Origin: Nageia nagi
Lineage: Eukaryota > Plantae > Pinophyta
Length of the DNA: 64,000 nucleotides
Direction of reading: 5' to 3'
Assembly (NCBI GenBank): GCA_050084985.1
Contig: JBITNC010000001.1
Coordinates: forward strand, 62,744,001-62,808,000
In this document: positions 53,993-64,000 of the stretch, one piece after another
How the letters are laid out: each line of letters begins with the position of its first letter
Numbering within the stretch: the first letter of the stretch is position 1
Notes under the pieces: generated by a model
What the model saw: the letters and a program-made list of their open reading frames with translations, nothing else
What the model was told of the DNA's origin: nothing
The model's database searches: none
Program-made: the position numbers and the translations under genes

Positions 53993-56032
53993 TGTTAAGA
54001 TCCCATATCCTAATATTTACTTCAACTTATTTATATTTTAATTAATTTATTTATTTACTTGTATCAACTTGTAATGTGAACCATCGTATTTTTTAAGATG
54101 AGTCACCATTTGGAATGTAAACTATCAATTAGGGTAGGATGACTATATAGACTTGTAAGACACGTAAGGAGAGTATCTTGGAAAATCAATTATCCTTTCG
54201 AGTTGTAAGGAGCAAGCTCCCTAGAAGTACCTTGCAATTCCTATGTTATAAGTAAAGTTATTTTGCTATACTATTTGGTTTTTAATTTGAATATATTATT
54301 CCAATTGAATTAATTTATGCATTGCTTATATATGGTTATTTCATATTTCAATATTTCTTATGGTATTCATGGTACAATGCTTTTTTAGTTCTACTAGATT
54401 CTTAAAAGATGGTATCAAAGCCTAGAATATGGCTACCTATGGGCATTTTTGTGTGGTCGCATCAAGTGAAAAAATAAGAATTTATCTATTTTACATCTAA
54501 AACTTTGCCTAAAGTTTTGCAAATTGTAAGGTTACATTGAAGTGGAACCCTATAAATCACTATTTTTTCAACTGAAACTTTGTCCATTTTTTTAGAATGT
54601 CAGGAAACCCTCAAACTTATCACTTGAAATAGAAAATCCGAAATAGGTAAAAACTTTTAGAGTGAATATCTCCCAAACCATGAAGAATTACCAAATTCGA
54701 AGAGTGCGCATTAAGACCTTACTCATTTTGACATTTTTTCAACCTAATCATTTTCATATGTAGCATCAATATACTTTTTTTAACTTTCAAAAATAACAAT
54801 CACTAAAAATAGTATGTCAACACCTAGCTTGTATTTCAAATGGAGGGAAAATGATCTCAAGACCTCACTCTGGAAATATTAGACAATAATGTTAAATAGC
54901 TTGAAGCTGACCTTGGTGGAGTTGACCTCAAATCTACTTTTCAAGAGATACATGGAAAATTCACTAAATTTATCTAGTAAAGCTTACTAGATTAGGAACT
55001 AAATATGATTCTATGAATTCAAATCTATTGGAAGTACAAAAAATAGGTCTTACAACTCTACAATAATCATCTATGCAATGTAAAATGTTGTCATAAAACA
55101 TACTAGGTACAAGTATTAAACAATACTTAGGGAAAAATACTCACTTACAAGCACAACAAGTGCATATGAGAGGTCCTTGAGAGGTCTTTTTACACCTTCA
55201 AATGTATATACATAAATCCTTGAAGATTAATGATCCTCAAGAAATGGCTATAAATTTTATATCCCTTACAAAGCTCTCCAACGTATTAGACCTACTACTT
55301 ATAAGTTGGAGTTACCAACATCCTCCAAGGTTGGTCATGTATTTTATGTTTTATGTTTGATATAGGTATTAACATCACAAGTTCATATTCAACCAGAGTT
55401 ATTGGAATGCACTGATAATGATTCTATCAACATTAAACTTGAAGCAATTTTGGACAAAACACATCCTCAACCTTTGTCATCATACTATAATCAAGATTTT
55501 GATCCAATGGTAGGTGCTAACACTTGAATATGCAACATAAGAAAATATACATAAGCTTCAATAAGAGTTTCTAAATTTTTAGCTTTGAGGATAAGATGTT
55601 TTGCAAGAGGTATGGCATGTTAGCATCCCATATCCTAAGATTTAGTGAGGCTTATTTAAGTTTTAGTTAACTTAATTATTTTCTTGCATTAGCTTGTAAT
55701 GTGAACCATCATATGTTGTAAGGTGGACCCCCAATTTGAATCTAAATATCAATTAGGTTAGGAGGACTATAAATACTTGTAATAAAGTTAAGGAGAGTAT
55801 CTTGAAAAATATATTATCTTTTTGAGATGTAAGAAGGAATCCCCCTCAAAGAGGCTTGCAATTCGCATTGCTAGTAGTAAAGTTATTCTATTTTGTTATA
55901 TGGTTGTTAATTTTAATATATTATTCCAATTTCTTTACTTGATACATTACAATTCTATGGTTATTTTGTATTTTAGTACATTTTATGGTATTAAGGATAA
56001 AACCAATTTTTAGTTATGCTAATTTCCTAAAA
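53993..56032 (+). mobile_element. Internally deleted (~2.0 kb) Reina-like element
   Basis: 5' LTR 53993-54407, PBS at 54410, junction at ~55180 from early gag to the end of integrase, chromodomain remnant, 3' LTR 55618-56032. Confidence 0.9.
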
Positions 56033-58481
56033 GATATAGATTAGTGGGAGTCACATCCGAAAGAATTATGAATAGCTTAGAGAAAGGAAAAAAATATAGA
56101 TGTATGAATGCTAAAAACTATATCAAAGCATTGAATAAAATAAAAAATAATACAATGAAACAAGAATATAAATTAAAAGTAGTAATTCCTATCTACCTTA
56201 AAAAGAGACAAGTGAGAGATCAAGGAAGAGTGAGAAAGAACAAAACTATGAGGAATATTAAAGAATTAAGGACAATGAACTAATAGATTTAAAGGAGCTC
56301 TCAAATGCTATTATCTGCAAAGTGAAAGGAAGGAGTCAAATAAGGAAGATCTAATGGAATTTGCAAATGCATATTTTGATGTTGACGGTGAGTTAAAGTT
56401 CATACTTATACCATGTAATTTATTCATGTTTTTCAAGATATTGATGATATGAAATGGGTTTTAAAAGATGAGAAAAACTACTTTTTCAGCCAAGGAGAAA
56501 TTTATACGAGGAAATGGGATCGAAACTTCAATCCATTCACTAAAAAACATACAAGATACCAAATTTGGATTAGTTATTATGCCCTTCCAATAGTGTTTTA
56601 GAAAAATAAAACCATAAGAAAGATTTGAAATATCATTTGAGAGTTATAAGGCAAGGATTTAGTATACAATAAAAAAAACTTGATATCCAAGGAGAATCTC
56701 GAAGAAAAGAATATATATTTGGTTGAATATAAATGCTCAATAGAAAAAAATAATTGCATTATCATCTAATTTTATTGATGCCTTATGTAGGAGAAACCTA
56801 TTATTTAAAATGATGGACAAAAAAGTTATTGGATTTAAATTAATGTGGGAGAAGTATATGGATGATCCTAATTTTACTACAATATACCACCCTTATCAAG
56901 ATCATTGATTGATTGGGAGGATTGTTGCACATTCACCCAGTATTTTACGTTTATGGATGGAATTTTACTTTATAAGTATATTTATCAATGAAAAGATTTC
57001 AAATTTTGAAACATAATTTTGACATATTTTAAAAAGGATACAACGAGCTGAAAAAATATTAGAGCATAAATTGTTATGGTAAATTTGCAAAATGTTATTA
57101 TAATATTTCAGTGTTGTCAACTATTTTCACTATTATATGATGAAGGTTATTAATCCCCAAATTAACATTGCATATGTTTTTTAAGCTTTGTATAACCATA
57201 AACTTAGTTAGAGGCTATATTAAAATGTTGTAAATTAGAGTAACTTTGTTGATTTTATGAATCCCAACCTTTTCATTGTGATAAATTAAAAGATTATGAC
57301 CCAACACTTCCTTATAATTTATCAAAAACATGACTCCACATATTTTACTCATCCTTTCTTCTAAAAGCAATAGAATATCATTTATTGTAGTACATGTTTT
57401 TCTCCTTTCTATGAGAATCATACAAATGGGTGCAATTATTTTAATTGGTATATTTAAGATATATATTTTACATTTTATTTAAGTTACCTTTTATCCTAAA
57501 TGTTCCTCAGAATTATTCAAAATATCATTTATATTTCTTTATATTATTATGTCTACTCACTTTTAAAAGATAACATCATCCACAAATAATTTATAGTTAT
57601 TGTATTCAAGCTCCTACATTATTTAAGCCCATGGATTAAATTTTTAATTATATCTTTTACTAGGTTTATATCTAAAACTTGAACCTTTATGGTGAAAAGG
57701 TAATAAAGGTAAAGGTAAATATGATTAACATCCATTGGAGACCAACTAATCTATGGTATGGACTACTTGCAGTAGACTATTACATATAGAATGTATGTAC
57801 CCTATATAGAAGAAATAGAAGATTGACTATCGTTATGTTAATACCCTATATACTTTATAAAATTTGGTACTAAACTCATTGACTAAAACTAGCTAAGAGA
57901 TAGATGCAATATACATTTACACGTTTTTTAAGCCAATTACCATAAATATGAACATTCGATTTTTGTTTCACATTATTTCCTATTTTGTTAGATCATTTCT
58001 TTTATTATTAATATCATTTTATTTTTCTTTCTGATAAAAAATGAATTATAAACTTATTTATGATAATCACAACATCAAATATAGGACTTATTTTAATAAA
58101 ACCTCTAGTATTTTTAAAATAATTTGAATCTGTATAATTAATTAGCTATGTTTTCAAATTTGAAGTTAGAAAACAATAAGTAAACTATCCAAGGTAATTC
58201 TCTTATTCCGTTGTAAAGAACACTCTTATGTTGATTATGAACGTATAGCCTTTTCTATGATTAAGAACTTGTGACCTTATCTTCATTTATGGTTATTGAC
58301 ATAAATTACTTCTAAGGACCAAATCATATATACTAGGCAGCATTTCGAAGCAGCTACAGAACCTCAAATGGTCCATGGTAGACATCAAACAAGATATTCA
58401 GTTAAGATAAAAGAGGAAAGAGAGAAAGAACAGAAGAATACCTCCGCGAGGAGGTAGTAGTGAACACTTGAAAGGTAAACG

Positions 58482-58625
58482 ATGGCCGGACGACGTGGCT
58501 TTCTTTTGCTCTACCTCTTCCTTTTCTGGACCATGGCCGATTTTCTCAATTTCTACTTTCTGCAATACAGATTTCATTTTAAGGAGTTGAAATGGGGGAA
58601 AGAGTTGAGAGCGCGCAGGGGTTGA
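58482..58625 (+). CDS. Candidate 47-aa ORF with signal-peptide-like N-terminus (MAGRRGFLLLYLFLFWTMADFLNFYFLQYRFHFKELKWGKELRARRG)
   Basis: Manual translation; paralog of 30880-31023. Confidence 0.25.
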   Translation: MAGRRGFLLLYLFLFWTMADFLNFYFLQYRFHFKELKWGKELRARRG

Positions 58626-59574
58626 GCGCAAAACCACACAAAATGGAACCAAAATGCTGATATCAGTTTTAAGGGACTGATCTCGGATTGGTTTGTTTCC
58701 TTTCGACTGTGAATCAAGAGGTTTCAATTATCATCACGAGCGGTTCCTATCTCGAATACTTTAATAATTAACAGTAAATGAGGGGTCAATTTAATAATTA
58801 TTCTTTTAGGTCTAACGGATGAAGTGGCTTTTGCAAGCTCTTGAAGGTTACAAATTTGACCCTAGATTCCAAGTAACTTATTAATTTAAGTTAAACGATA
58901 TAAGGCTTGCTAGTTAAGCTTTTACAAGGCAATTTGCATTACATTCAGTGCAGATGAAAAAACAACAGTGCAATTTGCAGTACCTTCAGTCTATTTTACT
59001 TGTTTGCCTGTTCCATGCTTAAGTTCACGGGACAGGTTGATGATCTAGATGAATACATCTTAGCTGTAGTATTCACTATTTTCTTATTGTTGAATCGTTC
59101 CATATTAAAGTGTGAGCGAAAATGGTAAAAATTGAGACCCAAACATCATTTAGTATTCATAGTTCAACTCACATTTATTACTATTGTTCAACATCAATTA
59201 TCATATTGTGTAGCTTAACCCTAATATTGACAGATGGAATTGAAAATCCGAAAAGAACATCGCATGTCGAAGTTTCTTTATTACAGCACCATCAAATATG
59301 AGCCAAAGCAGATCACTTGTGTCAGTATATATCACAAATTCCAACCAGAATAAAAAGAGAATTCGAAAAAGGAGCAACCTGTCTGTTTTTATTGTGCTGA
59401 GGACTTACATTAGGAATGATGATTAGGTCTATGGACCAAATGATATATATTATGGAGTATTTCCAATCAAAATAAAAAGAGAATTCAAAAAAAGGAGCAA
59501 CTTGTCTTTTTTTATTATGCTTAGCACTTACATTAGATAGATAGAAAGCAGACATGGCAGGGTAGAGCATATTG

Positions 59575-59596
59575 GTGTGAGCTAAATATTATCCAT
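59575..59596 (-). pseudogene. Peptide gene copy 5: CDS deleted, only MDNI* left
   Basis: 3' flank GGTGTGAG is joined directly to CTAAATATTATCCAT; promoter, TATA box and 3' repeat remain. Confidence 0.9.
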
Positions 59597-61463
59597 TCTC
59601 TTCTGGACCGAACTCAACTTACTCTCTTGTTTAACAAGAAATTCGAACACTGCTGTAATGTAATTCGTTAGTAATTGGAAAGTGATATGAGGCCTCATTT
59701 TATAATGATACCGCATAGGAATGGTTACGTTGCTGGGAAGGAATAGTAGGGAAAGTGGACAACTCACCTCCATACGACTCGTAATGTCATTTTTTTCAGG
59801 GCAACTTGTACGATAACCGTGAAAAAGATGATTCTAACCAGAAAACTGACAGATATGAATAAAACACAAAGGAAGCACATCCAACTTCAATACAGTTTTT
59901 TTGTCACTCCTTTTGAATCACCTCGTCATACTTGTTTTCGTTCAAGTTGAATGCGCTTTTGGTTCAAATTCTTAATACTAGTGATCACCTATTTGTATCA
60001 AACCTTTTCAAAAACTTAAATATAATATAATTAAATGAAAATTTATAATTAGAAAGAAAAAAAATTTGAAAATTAAAAATTATGTATAAGAAAAGAAGAT
60101 CTTATATCAAAGAAGATTTGCTTCTTTATATTATTTTGGATTTTAGTTGTGAAAACTTGTCTACAATAAGAATGATATCATTGTTATCCTTTTATCTTAA
60201 TTCTTCTAATATCATTCTTATATTGGAGCTTTCGATAAACTATGATGAGGTATAGGTTCATAGGAAGGTAGTACCTCATAAAGTCAACAATGTAAGTAAT
60301 ACTAATTTACTACACATTAGTATTCATTCTACTTAAACTTATCGTAATATAAAGCTTATAAAGACAAGAGGTGAAACGTATTAAAAATGTAGTATTTTCA
60401 AACTATTTAAACAACATTAGAAAATCATAATAATATTTTTCAAAGTTATCCTAATAATTTTTTTAATGTTTCTTAATTTTTTGTATCTTTTTTAATGCAA
60501 GTTAAACTCGTGTTTATGCATTATAATTTTTTCATCGATGAGTAAAATAATTGAATGTGTTACCCTGAGTCCTAAGGCAAGAATGATCTAAGAAAGAATC
60601 AATAATCAAAATTTATCATTTTATGTACATATAATTAAATTTTATATACCCTTGTTATAATCCTAGTATATTGTATTATTCAATTATGTTTTACATAATC
60701 AATATAGCTCAATGTAACTTGTTGAACTCATCATATTTTATTAACAAATCCATTATATGTTATGTTATTATTACTAAATAAGAACAAAAAAGAGGAAGCA
60801 ATTTTAAAATAAGTAGAATGAATCTTCAAACACTTCATATAGATAGTTTAATATAATCTCCCAAAAGGATTACCTCATATGAGAAAGATTTTACACAAAA
60901 TTGATTTAATCATTGGAGAAAACTTACCAAACAAATCACCCTATAACATTTTACATAAAATTGATATAATTATTAGAGAAAACGTACCAAACAAATCACC
61001 CTATAACATGCACCTCAATATTACTATTTGTATTCATAGTGAAGAGAAATATGATTAGAAAATGGTATTTTAAAAAGAATGGGTTACATGGATTCTCAAT
61101 TATATGACTAGAAAAAGGTATTTCAAAGAAATGAAGTCCAACATTGACTAAATTGATGTACTACTTGTAGAGTTATACCTATATTTTGACTCATGATGCT
61201 AGAGTATCTAACAATTTTGTTCATGCATCTTAAGTGACAAAGATTTATTTAATGCCATGGTGAGCTAGTGAGAGGAGAGCTAGTGACTAGAGATCTAGTG
61301 AGTGGAGAGCCAATATGTGGAGATCCAATAAGTGGATAGACAAGGAGATGATAACTAATGAGTAGGCAACCAAGGAGTGGAGAGCCAACTAGTTGAGTGC
61401 TAGTGAGTGAAGAGCCAAGATGAAAAGGAATGATCATAAAACAATGATACAACTAAAGAATCT

Positions 61464-62157
61464 TGTTAAGATCTCATATCCTAATATTTACTTAAGCATA
61501 TTTATATTTTAATTAATTTTATTATTTGCTTGTATCGACTTGTAATGTGAACCAATCATATTTTCTAAGATGAGTCATCATTTGGAATGTAAACTATCAA
61601 TTAGGGTAGGAGGACTATATAGACTTGTAAGACACATAAGGAGAGTATCTTGGAAAATTAATTATCTTTTTGAGTTGTAAGTAGCAAGCTCCCTCGAAGC
61701 ACCCTACAATTCCTATGTTATAAGTAAAGTTATTTTGTTATATTATTTGGTTTTTTATCTGATTATATTATTCCAATTCAATTAATTCATGCATTTCTAG
61801 TATATGGTTATTCCATATTTCAATATTTCTTATGGTATTCATGGTACAACCCCTTTTTAGTTCTACTAGATTCTTAAAAGGTGGCATCAGAGCCTTGATT
61901 TTGGCTACATATGGCCATTTTGTGTGGTTGCATCAAGTGAAAAAATAAGAATTTATCTATTTTACAACTAAAACTTTGCCTAAATTTTTGCAAATTGTAA
62001 GGTTACATTGAAGTGGAACCCTATAAATCACTATTTTTTCAACTGAAACTCATATTTTTAGAATCTCATGAAACCCTCAAACTTATCACAAGCAATAGCT
62101 AATCCAAAATAGGTGAAAACTTTTAGAGTGAATATCTTCCAAACCATAAAGAATTTC
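61464..62157 (+). mobile_element. Subtype-B 5' LTR + PBS + ~270 bp leader, truncated
   Basis: Flank AAAGAATCT, LTR 61464-61879 and PBS TGGCATCAGAGC at 61882, as at 22768. Confidence 0.88.
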
Positions 62158-64000
62158 TCAACCACTTTTTAGTTCTACTAGATTCTTAAAAGGTGGTATC
62201 AAAGCCTTGAATTTGGCTACCTATGGGCATTTTTGTGTGGTTGCATCAAGTGAAAAAATAAGAATTTATCTATTTTACAACTAAAATTTTGCCTAATTTT
62301 TTGCAAATTGTAAGGTTACATTGAAGTTAAACCATATAAATCACTATCTTTTCAACTAAAACTTTGTCCATTTTTTTAGAATCTCTGGAAACCCTCAAAC
62401 TTATCACCTAAAATAGAAAATCTGAAATAGGTAAAAACTTTTAGAGTGAATATCTTCCAAACCATGAAGAATTACCAAATTCTAAGAGTGCCCATTAAGA
62501 CCTTGCTCATTTTGACATTTTTTCAACCTAATCATTTTCATATGTAGCATCGATATACTTCTTTTAACTTTCAAAAATAATAGTCACTAAAAATAGTAAG
62601 TCAAGACCTAGCTTGTATTTCAAATGGAGGGAAAATGATCTCAAGACCTAAGTATGGAAATATTAGATAATAATGTTAAATAGCTTGAAGCTCACCTTGG
62701 TGGAGGTGACCTCAAATCTGCTTTTCAAGAGATACATGGAAAATTCACTAAATTTATCTAGTAAAGCTTATTAGATTGGGCACTAAATATGATTCTACAA
62801 ATTCAAATCTATTGGAAGTACAAAAAATAGGTCTTACAACTCTACAATAATCATCTATGCAATGACAAATGTTGTCATAAAGCATACTAGGTACAAGTAT
62901 TCAATAATACTTAGGGAAAAATACTCAATTACAAGCACAACAAGTGCATATGAGTGGTCCTTTGGCCTTTATCCTTATAAGAATAACTAAGTTGGATTTC
63001 CTTTTATTTGATAGAGAGGATCCCACTAGATGGAATTATAGAGCAAAATAATACTTTACACTGAATCAAATTCTTAAGGTTTAGAAGATCAATATATTTT
63101 CTTTTCATTTAAAACATGAGACCATTCAGTGGTACCAAATGTTTGAAAAAGATAATAGGAGTCCTTGTTAGGGGGATTTCCTAAAACTATTTTTGGTGAG
63201 GTTTGGACCAAGTGATTTTGAGGATTTCGCAAGAGCACTTACAAAACTTCAATAAATATCAATTGTGAAATAATATCAGATATAATTCAAAAAGCTTGCA
63301 AATTGCATAGAGGTATTAGATTAAATATCTTTTTTTAGGAGTTCCTTCATTAGTGGGATTAAGGAAGACATCAGGGTGGAAGTCAAAATGTCCAATCCTA
63401 GCACTATAATATAGGCTATTAGGTTTGCTAAATTGGAAAAAGACAAATTCAATACCCCACATTGATAAGGGTAGAAAACATTCATCAAACCTCAAGCTTC
63501 TCCTAAACTTATTCATTTATTTCAAATTAAGCAGCTCAGTAAAAAGGAAATGAATGAGTACAAATTGAATGGTCTTTGCTATAATTATAATCAAAGATTG
63601 TATTTCCTTAATGCAAATATATTTTGATGATTTAGAGGATGTAATTATGATTGAGGAAGAAGGTAATGAACTTGAAATAATTGAAAAATATGTTCTTGTA
63701 ATTTCTTGTAGTACCCTTGCAAGAGTTATGACACCCCAAATAATGAAGGTTTTTCAAAATATTATCTCTCATCATTTTACTTAACTAAAGAAGAACACAT
63801 AATTTCATTGATCCTTGTGTGGATGAACATGTTAATTATTTTATATATCCTCAAAATAATTTTGAAGTGATGATTTTAAATGGAGGTAGAATTTCTTGCA
63901 AGGGGAAACATTGAAGTGTTAAGCTCTACATGGAAGATTATCACATACAAAGTTATATGTATGTACTTCCATTGGGAGAGTATGATGTGCTCTTAATAGT
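62158..64000 (+). mobile_element. Subtype-A Reina-like element (last ~33 bp of LTR, PBS, gag), running off the window
   Basis: Second PBS TGGTATCAAAGC at 62194; colinear with positions ~113-1955. Confidence 0.88.

Larger units (their letters stand above)
1..64000. repeat. Tandem array of ~10.4 kb units (LTR retroelement + peptide-gene island), interrupted by a spacer at ~32679-42982 and by several deletions
   Basis: Position 1 recurs at ~10430 and ~20816. The peptide gene recurs at 8054, 18467, 32007, 50451 and 59582. 5' LTR copies lie at <1, 10161, 20547, 22768, 51918, 53993, 61464 and 62158 (partial). Near-identical ORFs repeat in the ORF track. Confidence 0.97.

Overview
AT-rich eukaryotic DNA from a land plant (plant-type Ty3/gypsy and Ty1/copia remnants with strong CpG/CHG decay; a large gymnosperm-like genome is my inference). 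Most of the window is a tandem array of a ~10.4 kb unit. Each complete unit holds a decayed Reina-like chromovirus LTR retrotransposon, apparently nested in an older CRM-like gypsy remnant, plus a ~2 kb CpG-retaining island. The island contains a single-exon minus-strand gene for a 71-aa small secreted peptide precursor: signal peptide, a GRKIL putative processing site, and a 31-aa two-Cys, His/Pro-rich C-terminal peptide SICHNGHIRVPPGLPCHGDPPPRPLVVDNHP. I cannot assign it to a known peptide family. Three copies are intact (8054-8269, 18467-18682, 32007-32222). One is a pseudogene next to a Tnt1-like copia insertion, with heavy local CpG loss (50451-50663). One has lost almost exactly its CDS by a microhomology deletion (~59582), and larger deletions removed the gene from other units. 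A 10 kb non-array spacer (32.7-43.0 kb) holds an old gag-only minus-strand gypsy element and minisatellites. All retroelement ORFs are broken, and some indels may be assembly errors. Identity figures are hand estimates.
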